A stretch of DNA of 64,000 bases, taken from Phycisphaerae bacterium. GTDB lineage: Bacteria > Planctomycetota > Phycisphaerae > UBA1845 > Fen-1342. The notes beneath the pieces are model-generated. The model made no database searches, had not been told where the DNA came from, and saw nothing but the letters and a program-made list of their open reading frames with translations. Numbering within the stretch: the stretch's first letter is position 1; every line of letters begins with the position of its first letter. A program made the translations under genes and the position numbers. Shown in pieces: positions 18,401 through 27,759 of the stretch. The stretch spans positions 32,001 to 96,000 of the forward strand of contig JASFQK010000017.1 in NCBI GenBank assembly GCA_050115495.1, written 5' to 3'.

Positions 18401-18496
18401 CCGCCTGTACCACGGGCCCGTCCCCGGAACCGATTCTCGCCCTCGCATGTCCGCTATTAGGCCCTAACGCCCCCCGACGCACAAGCCGCCGCCGGA

Positions 18497-21400
18497 CTAC
18501 GGCGCCTCACTCACCCGGAAGAACACCTCCGCGGGCACCAGTTTGCAGGAGACCGGGCGTCCGCCGGCGGTTACCTCCGGCGCCGGCAGCCGGCATACTC
18601 CCGGCCGCACCATGACGACGTTGTACTCGTGCACTTCCACGTTGCTCAGCGGCGCCGGGCGTTCGTAGCGCACGGTGTCCACCGTCCGCTCGCGGAGCGC
18701 GCCGATCTCGTTGCGGCAGGAAACGTTGCGGAACGCCGGACAGCAGTTGGACGGGACGCGCTGGGTCCACGCCACGCCGGCCAGCGGCGTCGTGGGCGTG
18801 ATCTGCTCCCGGACGAGAACGCGCTGGCCCGGGGCGAGCAGCGTCCCGAACGGCAGCGGGCTGCGCCGCCAGATCTGCTTCTCGGGCGCGTCCAGCGCGT
18901 CGGTCTCCTCGAAGGTGACGGGGTCGACGTGGATCATCACCGGCGTGAGCAGCATGAGGGAACGCTCCACGCGCAGCGACGCACCCTCGGGCGGCACGGT
19001 GCCGGGAGTCAGGACACTGTAGTCCGCGGTGGCCTGCTGCGTGGACGAGCCCACCTCGACCCAGGCCTGCATGACGCTCACGCCCTCCTGCATGGCTTCC
19101 GCGTCCAGACGCATCCACAGCCGGCCATGTGCCGGGACGGTCACCGCGACGCCCTCTTCGGCTTGCAGAATGTCGCCCGATTGCAGCGCTTCGTCGCCGA
19201 TGCGCACCGATTCGACGTGCAACCCCGTACCGACGTCGAGGTGCACACGCACGTCCGACGGCGTCTTGGCCACGCTCTCAAGCAGCAGTGACACGCGCGT
19301 CCGGTCGCCGAGCGTCCAGCGATTCGGGCTATCGGCCAGGAGGAACAGCCCGCCGCGTGTGTCCAGGTCGAGCTCTTCCATCGCCGCCGGCCCCCGCTGC
19401 GGCAGGGCCAGCACGACGAGCCGATACGCACCGGGCGCCGGCGGCATCGGCACGCTCAGCGTGGTCTCGCCACCTGGCGCCGGCTGCGCCGTCGTCCACA
19501 CCGTGGTGCCGGCGAAGAGTGCTTCGGTCAGCAGCGGCGACAACAGCGGCAGACCCCCACCGGCAGGCTCCGGCGGTGCATCGGCCGCGCGCTCCGGTGT
19601 CGACGAAAAACGCACGACGGGACCGGCGGTGGACTCGTCCAGCAATGCTCGTCCTTCACCCGCGAGCCACGGCTCGTAGCCGCGATCCATCGCCGGCACC
19701 AGGCGGGCAACGATCGTGGCGTCCGTCGCCGGCCGGCCGGCGCGCGTGCAGCGCACCCGCACGTCGACCGTGTTGCCCGGCAGCGGAGGCTCCCCGGCAA
19801 CGCGCTCGACGTGCAGCGTGATCGCCCACGCGGGGTCGGGCTCAACCACTTGGCGGGCGACGACGACCGGCGCGCCGCCGCGCTCGCCGACGAGCACGAC
19901 CTGGGCGCCGACCGGCGCCGCCGCGAGCGGCAGAAACGCTTCGGACGTCGTCCCAGCCGCCGGCAACACGCACCCGACCAGTGGATCGCCGGCTTCGACC
20001 ACGGCGATGAGCTGCCGCGGCTGATTGGTCTCGACGTACAGGGCGACGCCGGGCGTGCCGTCGCGTTCGCTGAGCCACGCGCGGCAATGCAGCGCGCCGG
20101 GATCCCCCGCCACCGACTCGGCCGGCGCGACGTGCACGTCGCGAACGACGTGCAGAGGCTCGCCGTCGAGGCGAGGGATGCTGGCCTCGACGCGGTAGGT
20201 GCCGGCACGATCGGGCGACCAGGGCTCGCTGACGGTGCCGCCCGGCGCCGCGTGGAGTGACAGCTCCACCGGCGTTTCATCGGCGGCAGCGATCTGCAAC
20301 TGCGGCGGCGCCACGCCGACCTGGTCGAGCGGGTCATACCAGCCCAGGTCGAAGCGCACGTCCTGCCCGACGCACGGTTCGTCCGGCCGCCAGGTCAGCC
20401 AGGAGAACACGGGCTCGTCCGCGAGCAGCGTTTGGCCGAGACCGCTGGTGCGCTCGCCGTCGTGGCCGTTGACGATGGCCTGCACGCCGAAGGCCCGCGG
20501 GCCGGCGGGCAAAAACCACGCGTCGAGGGGGACGTCAACGAACGCCAGGCCCGACTCATCGAGCTCGGCTTCGTGTATGGTCGCGTTCGTGGCGTGTGCT
20601 TCGCCACGAGCGACGCCACCCAGGTCCAGCGCTCGGGTCAGACAGGTCACCAGGGCGCCGCTGACCGGTGTGCCCCAGGGATACCAGGCCTGGACCTGCA
20701 CCGGAAGGACCCTGACGTTCGGGGGCAGGTGCGGCGGTACGTAGCAGTTGACGAGCGGCACGTGCACGCCGGGGCGAGCCGTCCGGCAACCGAAGCGGCC
20801 ACGGAGGCTGTTGACGGTCTGGCCGCCGCGGCGAACGAGCATATGCACGTGCTGGTCGACGAGGTCGGCGGTGATCGGCACCTTTGTGGAGAACACGCCG
20901 GTGGCCAACGGGTCGAGCGGCGTGCTGTACAGCTCGCGATCGTGTGTATCGAGGACGACGAGCCGGTACGGCTCATCATCGTGTCCGGTCTGCGGCGAAC
21001 GTTCGGGCAGCAGGAGACCGCTGACGCAGAAGTCGTCACCAAGATCCGGAGCAGGCGGACCGCCGGCGAGGGCGACGGTGGCGACGCCGCCGGCTTCCTC
21101 GGCGGTGGGCACGTCGCCGCGGCACAGAGCCAGGTGTTCGCCGACCTGCACGAGACAGACCCAGCGTTTCTCACGCAGCACACGTGATTCGGGTGGCAGG
21201 GCAAACCGGGCGAAGCCGTCCGTGAACGTCTGTTCGAGCGGCACGAACGAGCCGTGCATCCAGAAACTCAGCTTCATGCCGGTCAGGTCCAGGTCGCCCG
21301 CCGCTGACTCGCGCGGTCCGGCCCAGACGAGCATCTCGTGCGGGCCGGCGAGGGCCACGGCGGTCAGGTCGCCGACCACGACGAGTCGGCGCAGGGGGCG

Positions 21401-22609
21401 GACCTCCTCCGTCGGCGAGTTCGGTTGAACCGTGACGGCGTACGCGCCGGGCTCGGCGGTGAAGGTGAGCGGCGCGGTCGGCTCCCAGAAGGCATACGGG
21501 TCGGCGTGCGTATCAAGCCGCTGCGCGAACTGGACGGAGCCGGCCTGCGGCAGCAGCGCGGGGGCATAGCGGCCCTGCCGCGACGTGAGCCATTCGGCCA
21601 GGTCCACCCGCCGGACCTCGACGTCGACCGCATCCAGGTTGCGGGTTTGCAGCTTCAGCGACACGGGTTGTCCCGGCGCCGCATCCGCGGGAACGGCAAG
21701 CTGCACCTGCGGTCGCGTGATCTCGCGCAACCGCTCGGCGGCCTGCTCGGCGAAGGCCGCCGGGGCCTCGGCCTCGATGCGTCGGTACAGCGGCAGGACG
21801 TCCGCCCAGCGCTGTTCCCGTTCGAGATGGCCGGCGAGAGCGAAGCACGCATCGAGGACCGCCGGCGTCAGTTGCAGACTGCCGGCCAGTTGCTCCAAGA
21901 CGCGTATGCCGTCCGCGACGCGGTCGCCGGCGGCGATGAAATCCTGGGCGAGCAGCAGGTCCACGCAGGCCAGGGCATCTTCGTTGTCCGGCAGCGCAGC
22001 CAGCCGATCGCGGACCAGGCCCATCTGCTCGCGGCGGATCTCGCGGGCGTGCGCCGCATCCGGTGGGCGTTTGACGTTGAACCGCGGCGGCGTCACCTCC
22101 CACTCGGTGTGCCGGGACCAGGCTTCGGCCAGGGCCGCCAGGGCTGCGGCCTGCCGTTGCGGCTCATGCAGTGCGGCGAAGCCCGCCGCGGCGTCTTCGA
22201 GGAAGGCCAGCGCGTGGGCCGTTTCGGCCAATTCGGTGCAGGCGATGCCCATCGCCAGGTTGCACTCGGGGCGAGCCGCGATCGTCGCGTCCTCGCGGGC
22301 CACTTGCGCCAATTCGGCGCGGCCCTGCAAGCGGTCGTTGCGGGCCGGCATGCGCAGCATCGTCAGGGCGTGCACGGCCACGGCATCGCGGCGCACGCGT
22401 TCGTCCACCGACGACGCCAGCCGGGCGCACAGGCGCTGCGCGGCCCCGTATTCGCCGGTTCGATACAGATCGAGAGCCTCCGCCACCTCCGGACACCAGG
22501 GCGACGGCGGCGGCGAGTCCGCCCGGCCGAGCGCGATCGGCGCGGCGAGCAACAGAGCACAGACAGCGATGATGGGCAGAGCGCAGCGACGGGTACCGAT
22601 TCGCTTCAT
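18497..22609 (-). CDS. large secreted TPR plus alpha-2-macroglobulin-like MG-domain protein, no thioester domain
   Basis: Signal peptide, helical repeats, then A2M-like motifs (AWYPWGTPV, PGNTVDVRV, FAGTTVW..PGAYRL, PNRWTLGD, LRVER). Confidence 0.55.
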   Translation of the reverse strand: MKRIGTRRCALPIIAVCALLLAAPIALGRADSPPPSPWCPEVAEALDLYRTGEYGAAQRLCARLASSVDERVRRDAVAVHALTMLRMPARNDRLQGRAELAQVAREDATIAARPECNLAMGIACTELAETAHALAFLEDAAAGFAALHEPQRQAAALAALAEAWSRHTEWEVTPPRFNVKRPPDAAHAREIRREQMGLVRDRLAALPDNEDALACVDLLLAQDFIAAGDRVADGIRVLEQLAGSLQLTPAVLDACFALAGHLEREQRWADVLPLYRRIEAEAPAAFAEQAAERLREITRPQVQLAVPADAAPGQPVSLKLQTRNLDAVDVEVRRVDLAEWLTSRQGRYAPALLPQAGSVQFAQRLDTHADPYAFWEPTAPLTFTAEPGAYAVTVQPNSPTEEVRPLRRLVVVGDLTAVALAGPHEMLVWAGPRESAAGDLDLTGMKLSFWMHGSFVPLEQTFTDGFARFALPPESRVLREKRWVCLVQVGEHLALCRGDVPTAEEAGGVATVALAGGPPAPDLGDDFCVSGLLLPERSPQTGHDDEPYRLVVLDTHDRELYSTPLDPLATGVFSTKVPITADLVDQHVHMLVRRGGQTVNSLRGRFGCRTARPGVHVPLVNCYVPPHLPPNVRVLPVQVQAWYPWGTPVSGALVTCLTRALDLGGVARGEAHATNATIHEAELDESGLAFVDVPLDAWFLPAGPRAFGVQAIVNGHDGERTSGLGQTLLADEPVFSWLTWRPDEPCVGQDVRFDLGWYDPLDQVGVAPPQLQIAAADETPVELSLHAAPGGTVSEPWSPDRAGTYRVEASIPRLDGEPLHVVRDVHVAPAESVAGDPGALHCRAWLSERDGTPGVALYVETNQPRQLIAVVEAGDPLVGCVLPAAGTTSEAFLPLAAAPVGAQVVLVGERGGAPVVVARQVVEPDPAWAITLHVERVAGEPPLPGNTVDVRVRCTRAGRPATDATIVARLVPAMDRGYEPWLAGEGRALLDESTAGPVVRFSSTPERAADAPPEPAGGGLPLLSPLLTEALFAGTTVWTTAQPAPGGETTLSVPMPPAPGAYRLVVLALPQRGPAAMEELDLDTRGGLFLLADSPNRWTLGDRTRVSLLLESVAKTPSDVRVHLDVGTGLHVESVRIGDEALQSGDILQAEEGVAVTVPAHGRLWMRLDAEAMQEGVSVMQAWVEVGSSTQQATADYSVLTPGTVPPEGASLRVERSLMLLTPVMIHVDPVTFEETDALDAPEKQIWRRSPLPFGTLLAPGQRVLVREQITPTTPLAGVAWTQRVPSNCCPAFRNVSCRNEIGALRERTVDTVRYERPAPLSNVEVHEYNVVMVRPGVCRLPAPEVTAGGRPVSCKLVPAEVFFRVSEAP

Positions 22610-22700
22610 GCCGGATTCGTTCCCTGATCATCCACTCGGCGCCGAGCCCCAGCGGCCCGGCCGCACGACATTGTACGCCCCCCGGCCAGTCCGGTGGGCC

Positions 22701-23663
22701 TCAGCGCTCGCGGACGAAATCCCCGCGGCCCAGGCCGGCCTGCCCGAGCAGCGGCTCGATATCGGCGAGGTAGCGCAGGGCGTCCTTGTAGTAGCCGGCG
22801 GTGGGCTTCAGCCCCGGCAGCAACCCCTGCCAAAACGCGTTGAGCCGCGTCATGACCACCTCACGCACGTACTTCGCCAGCATGCTGGCCAGGGCGACGG
22901 GCAGGTGATGCTGATCCGCGTCGACGACGAAGTCGATGTACCAGTCGCTGCGGGCCGTGGAGAGCCGGTAGCGGCTGCGCTCGTCCGACATCTCCTCAAT
23001 GTGCAGGTGGCGGTCGGGGAAGGCCTCCTGCAAGACCGGCCGGTAATCCTGCCGCCCGCCGAGCCGGTCGACGTGCACGCAGACATCCTGGTCACCGGTG
23101 GCGGCGGTGCAGCGGAGGATAAGCCGCAGGACCTGTTCGAGCAGGACGGCGGCCTTGTTGTGCGTGTGGTGCACGCGATCGTTGTACGCCGACTCGGTGA
23201 CCAGTTGGGCCATCAGGCCGATTGCCTGGTGGTTGCTGGTCTGCATGGCCTGGCGGAGTCGCGTCGCGGCGGCGGCGTGGGCCGAGCGGGTGGCGTCGAG
23301 CGGCAATGGCTGAGCGAGGTCGCCGTACCAGGGCAGGTGTCGCGCCTCGGGTGGCAGTGGCGGACCGAGAGCGTCGACGAACTCGCCGAGCGAAGCGTGC
23401 GGCAGGTCGAGCGCGGCGGCGAAGGCCAGCACCGTGCGTTCGAGCGTGGCAATGCCCTTGTGCCGATCGTAGATCTTCTTGGAGTCGTTCACCGGGAGGC
23501 GTGAGTCGCGGCGGGACGCCGCCCGGCTCACCGCGGTGTTGAGCTGCTCCCAGAAATCGACCTCGGCAGCCGGCGGTGGCACACGCCAGACCGTGGCCGC
23601 AACAACCAGCGGACCGAGCAGCGGTCCGTATCCGGCTTCGTCGATGCCGACCAGCAGCGGCAC
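22701..23663 (-). CDS. ribonuclease HII-like protein
   Basis: GIDEAGYGPLLGPLVV, DSKK, DAD..VALASMLAKYVRE, GY. Confidence 0.75.
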   Translation of the reverse strand: MPLLVGIDEAGYGPLLGPLVVAATVWRVPPPAAEVDFWEQLNTAVSRAASRRDSRLPVNDSKKIYDRHKGIATLERTVLAFAAALDLPHASLGEFVDALGPPLPPEARHLPWYGDLAQPLPLDATRSAHAAAATRLRQAMQTSNHQAIGLMAQLVTESAYNDRVHHTHNKAAVLLEQVLRLILRCTAATGDQDVCVHVDRLGGRQDYRPVLQEAFPDRHLHIEEMSDERSRYRLSTARSDWYIDFVVDADQHHLPVALASMLAKYVREVVMTRLNAFWQGLLPGLKPTAGYYKDALRYLADIEPLLGQAGLGRGDFVRER

Positions 23664-23664
23664 G

Positions 23665-24522
23665 TCACCACCCGAGGGTGTAAAAGACCACCGTGAAGAC
23701 GGCGTCGGCCCCGATGAGGGCGACGATGCTCTTGACGACGGTCGTGGTCGTGGCCCGACCGACGCCCTCCGCCCCGCCACGGACGTTGAGCCCCTCGTAA
23801 CAAGCCAGGCTGGCGATGATGACGCCGAAGACGCCCGCCTTGAACAGGCCGGTGAAGTAGTCGCCGACGGAGAGGGCCGCCTGGGTAAGGTCCATGTAGA
23901 GCCGCGGGCTGACGTCGAGGACGCCGGTGGCGGTCAGGAAGCCGCCGAAGACGCCGACCACGTCGGCCAGCACGGTGAGCCCGATCATCATGACCGCCGT
24001 CGCCACCAGCCGTGGCACGACGAGAAAGCGAATCGGATCGAGGGCGTGGGCTCGCAACGCCTTGATCTCCTCACCTTCGACCATGGCGCCGAGTTCGGCG
24101 GCGATCGACGCGCCGGCAAAGCCGCTGAGAATGATGGCACTGATGAGCGGGCCGAGCTCGCGGAAGACGGCGATGGCGACGACGTCGGCGACACGTTCGA
24201 GCTGCCCGTAGTCCTTCAACGTCGGGGCGAGGTTCAGGGCCAGGATGACACCGATGAAGATCTGCACCAGCACGATGATGGGAATGCTGCGCACGCCGAC
24301 GCGGACCATCTGTTGCGCCAGGGCGCTCAGACGGACGCGCGTGCCCCGCCCGCGGATAGCCAGCATAAGCCGGCGGGCGGCAGCCAGCAGCAGCGCGATC
24401 AGGCCTCCCGTGTAGCGCACCGCCCCCAGCACCGCCTGCCCGCGCCCGCGGAGTACTCGGCCGAGCGCCTCGGGCACACGCCGCCACAGCGGGGCCGGCG
24501 TTGGCTCGGAGGTGGGGTTCAT
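23665..24522 (-). CDS. mlaE: MlaE-family ABC transporter permease
   Basis: RELGPLISAIILSG..GASIAAELGAM..EEIKAL, LVVPR, GGAEGVGRATT. Confidence 0.9.
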   Translation of the reverse strand: MNPTSEPTPAPLWRRVPEALGRVLRGRGQAVLGAVRYTGGLIALLLAAARRLMLAIRGRGTRVRLSALAQQMVRVGVRSIPIIVLVQIFIGVILALNLAPTLKDYGQLERVADVVAIAVFRELGPLISAIILSGFAGASIAAELGAMVEGEEIKALRAHALDPIRFLVVPRLVATAVMMIGLTVLADVVGVFGGFLTATGVLDVSPRLYMDLTQAALSVGDYFTGLFKAGVFGVIIASLACYEGLNVRGGAEGVGRATTTTVVKSIVALIGADAVFTVVFYTLGW

Positions 24523-24869
24523 TTTCCGGTGGCCTCGTCGACGCTACCTGCGATGATGAAGAACTTGTCGAGCTGGGTGATCTCGAAGACGCCGCGGACG
24601 CGCGGCTGAAGACCGGCGAGCACGACGGCGCCGCCACGGCGTTCGACCATGCGCTTGACCTCGACCATGGTGCCCACGCCGGAGGAGTCCATGTAACCGA
24701 CGCGACTCAAGTCGACGACGAGTCGCTTCGGCTCGCGTTCGACGACCTGGAGCAGGCGAGTCCGCAACTGCGGCGAAGTGCGCAAGTCGATCTCGCCGAC
24801 GACGTGAACGACCTCGGCGCCGGCGACGCTGCTCGTGGAGACCTGGATGCCGTCGGGTTGCTCGCTCAT
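24519..24869 (-). CDS. STAS-domain anti-sigma factor antagonist (RsbV/SpoIIAA-like)
   Basis: GEIDL, VVDLSRVGYMDSSGVG (phospho-Ser motif), VFEITQLD. Confidence 0.9.
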   Translation of the reverse strand: MSEQPDGIQVSTSSVAGAEVVHVVGEIDLRTSPQLRTRLLQVVEREPKRLVVDLSRVGYMDSSGVGTMVEVKRMVERRGGAVVLAGLQPRVRGVFEITQLDKFFIIAGSVDEATGK

Positions 24870-25345
24870 GATGCCTCGTCCGGGGCGTGGCCGGTGCCCG
24901 CCGAGTGGTTCCTGAACTTGCGCATGGTCAACAGCATACCGCCGCCCTCGGCCGGCGTGTACCGCACGGTGCTCATCATGGCCCGGATCAGGTGGACGCC
25001 GAGGCCGCCCGGGCGGACGTCGTCCAGGTCGCGGCCGCGGATGAGGTCGGGGTCGATCTGGCGACCGAAGTCGCGAACGCGGATCTCCAATCCCTCGCCA
25101 GCATCCGGCTCGTCGATGGCGTGCACGTTGACCTGGATAGCGCAGGAGGCGTCGCAGTCGTAGCCGTGGCGAATGACGTTGCTCAGGGCCTCGTCGACCG
25201 CCAGGGCGATCTCCGCCGCCTGGTCCTCGGTCCAGCCGTGGTCGAGGGCCCATTGGCGGAGCGTCTGCCGCGCCTCGGGCAGCACGTCCGGATTGCTCGT
25301 CAGTTCCAGTTCCAGCGTGTCCGCGTCACTCATTCGACTGCTCAT
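24866..25345 (-). CDS. RsbW/SpoIIAB-like serine kinase (HATPase_c_2)
   Basis: LAVDEALSNVIRHGY, RDFG, GGLGVHLI. Confidence 0.9.
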   Translation of the reverse strand: MSSRMSDADTLELELTSNPDVLPEARQTLRQWALDHGWTEDQAAEIALAVDEALSNVIRHGYDCDASCAIQVNVHAIDEPDAGEGLEIRVRDFGRQIDPDLIRGRDLDDVRPGGLGVHLIRAMMSTVRYTPAEGGGMLLTMRKFRNHSAGTGHAPDEAS

Positions 25346-25775
25346 CGCTCCCCTCGGCAGAGGCGGCGTTCTCCGTCGCGGAGGCCGCGGTCCGGGCCGA
25401 CGGCTCCGGCGGCGACAGCGTAATCTCCCCGTCGCGGAGGGCGTCCTGCCAGCGCCGCTCGGCGGCGGCCCGCGCCGGGGCATCGGCGTAGTACTTGTAG
25501 CCGTAGGTGCGACCACAGAGGCGCTGCAAAGCCAGGATGGCGTACATGCGCACCGTGCGATCGCGATCACCGAGCAAGGCGACCAGCCGGTGCACGGCCG
25601 TGGCATCGCCGGCCTCGGCCAACCGCACCGCCGCCGTCACCTGATCGAGGGGATTGGCAGACGCCAGGCGCTCGCGGTCGGAGGCCGCCGAGCGACAACC
25701 CACCGTCGCGAGCAGCAGCACCGGCAGCAGAAACGCCTTCCGCCACCTCAACCGATGCCCGGCTCTGTCCACCAT
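25326..25775 (-). CDS. HEAT-repeat lipoprotein
   Basis: Lipobox-like TVGC; LVALLGDRDRTVRMYAILAL HEAT repeat; TATAAT 7 nt upstream of the ATG. Confidence 0.7.
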   Translation of the reverse strand: MVDRAGHRLRWRKAFLLPVLLLATVGCRSAASDRERLASANPLDQVTAAVRLAEAGDATAVHRLVALLGDRDRTVRMYAILALQRLCGRTYGYKYYADAPARAAAERRWQDALRDGEITLSPPEPSARTAASATENAASAEGSDEQSNE

Positions 25776-25876
25776 GCCGGGCATTATAAGGCCGTACCGC
25801 CACGGCGAAAGCGGTCGACAAGTTGCGACCGCCTCGGCGTTCCAACGGGCGGCGCCGGCCCGTATCATGCTCGGCT

Positions 25877-27598
25877 ATGATCGAGGTCCACAGCGGCACG
25901 AAACCTGGGCGACCGCGGCTTCTGCTGCTGCTCTGCGCGGGCGCGCTGGCGGTCGCGCTCAGCCTGGCCTGGCTCCAGGTGCACTACTCGCGCCAGCTCG
26001 GCCCCGAACGCGAGGTCCCCGGCACACCCTTGCGGGTCCGCCTGCCCCATCGCTGGGTGGCCGATCCCAGCGAGCCGGGGGCGTTCCTTCTGGCGGCACG
26101 CCACCAGCGCGGCGGCCGGCAGCACTTCGACACCGAGCGACGCATCCGCTTCGTATATGAACGCTGGCCGGCGTTCGAGCCCCCGGCCGAGCACCTGCGC
26201 ATGACGGCCTCCGGTGGATACGAACCCGTGCCGACCCACATCGGGCGGTTCCCCGGAGTGCAGTTGCATCAGGTGATTCTCCGCCGCTGGGGCCCGCGTC
26301 CCCAGGACTTGAGGAAGTCAGAGACGGTCCAGCGAATGGCCTGGCTGCCGGGCGGGCAGCTCATCAAGGTCATCTACACGCCCATGACCGACGTGACGCT
26401 TGCCGACCTGCGACTGCTCGACGACATCTGCGCCACCGTTCGCCTCGACGAGCCCGCACTCAACGTCACCGCGGACGAGGCGTTGACCCACACCGGCGTC
26501 CACTTCACCGTGCCCCCCGGCTCGACCGTCACGCTGCCCTACCTGATCGACGTGCCCGGCCTGTTCCTCAGCGGCAACGACAACGGCGTGCCCGCGTGGT
26601 CGATCTGCGTCGTCCGCACCTGGCTGGCCCCACAGCGCACACCACGCGACCTGTTGCTCGACTTCGCGGCGGCGGTGTGGCTGCTGCCCGAGAGGGCGGT
26701 CGAGGTCCGCGAGTGGCAGCGCCCCGACGGATCGGCCGTGGCCACGTTGCGACGGCCGGATGACCTGCAATCGCAGCACCCGGTGGCGTCGGCCTGGATC
26801 GTGGCCCCGTCACCGAGTACGGCGGTCCTGTTGCTCGTGTACACCAGCGAGGTCCACGTGCAGGCGGCGAGCAAGGCCGCCGGCCGCATCGCCGACGAGA
26901 TCACCATCGACCCCCTGCCCTTCTTCTCCGACCTGGCGGCGGCGGAGTCGGCGGGCACCAGGTTGGCCGGACTGCTCACAGCGAAGGGCGCGCTGCCCTG
27001 GTGGGGCGAGCGCAGGCACGAGATGACCTTCCGCCGATCCGACAGGCCGGGCAACGACGAGATCAAGAACACTCGCGAAACCTGGAGCGAATCAGGTCGG
27101 TACGGATACGAGGGGCTGAGAGAGCGCTTCATAGGCAAGAGCGACAACGTGTCTAACAGGCTGCGCTGGGAGATCGACGACCGTGCGACAGCGTACGCTT
27201 CCAAAGAAACAACCATCCTGGGCCAGCTCAACATACTAACCACGAACGACAGGCGCGACGGCGGCAGCGCGGTGCAGCGTGTGGTCCAACTGAACAAGAG
27301 TCCGCTGTGGTCGGGGACGTTCACGCCGGGGGCGGCGTTCGTCTGCCCGCCGGTCGAGGTTATCGCCGAAGCCTGGGTCGCCCGGCAGGCGTCGGGGCAG
27401 TGGCTGCTGGAGGTGGCGACGCCGTTCGGGCGGGCGAGCCACTCGCGTCTGCTCACGCCGCTGGCGCCAGAGGACGGCGCGCACCGCGTGCTGCTTCTGG
27501 ACGACTACGATCCATTAGGGACGATTCGCGGCTTCGACGACAGCGACGAGTTGCTGTACTGGCGCAAGCCGACGGTGCGCTACGATCGCGTCCCGTAG
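25877..27598 (+). CDS. membrane-anchored hypothetical protein
   Basis: Long ORF with N-terminal TM segment; TATCAT 8 nt upstream of the ATG. Confidence 0.65.
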   Translation: MIEVHSGTKPGRPRLLLLLCAGALAVALSLAWLQVHYSRQLGPEREVPGTPLRVRLPHRWVADPSEPGAFLLAARHQRGGRQHFDTERRIRFVYERWPAFEPPAEHLRMTASGGYEPVPTHIGRFPGVQLHQVILRRWGPRPQDLRKSETVQRMAWLPGGQLIKVIYTPMTDVTLADLRLLDDICATVRLDEPALNVTADEALTHTGVHFTVPPGSTVTLPYLIDVPGLFLSGNDNGVPAWSICVVRTWLAPQRTPRDLLLDFAAAVWLLPERAVEVREWQRPDGSAVATLRRPDDLQSQHPVASAWIVAPSPSTAVLLLVYTSEVHVQAASKAAGRIADEITIDPLPFFSDLAAAESAGTRLAGLLTAKGALPWWGERRHEMTFRRSDRPGNDEIKNTRETWSESGRYGYEGLRERFIGKSDNVSNRLRWEIDDRATAYASKETTILGQLNILTTNDRRDGGSAVQRVVQLNKSPLWSGTFTPGAAFVCPPVEVIAEAWVARQASGQWLLEVATPFGRASHSRLLTPLAPEDGAHRVLLLDDYDPLGTIRGFDDSDELLYWRKPTVRYDRVP

Positions 27599-27759
27599 GC
27601 ATGTGCCTCGCTTACCCAGCCACCCGCTCGGGCACGTCGGCGAGCCGGCCCGTTTTCAGAAGGGTTGCGGCGCAGTATGCTGCGCGGTTGAGAAGACACT
27701 TGTGCTCTGAATACAATGCCCCCGCACCGCCGGGCGGTCGGTGCAAACCGTAGCCCCGG

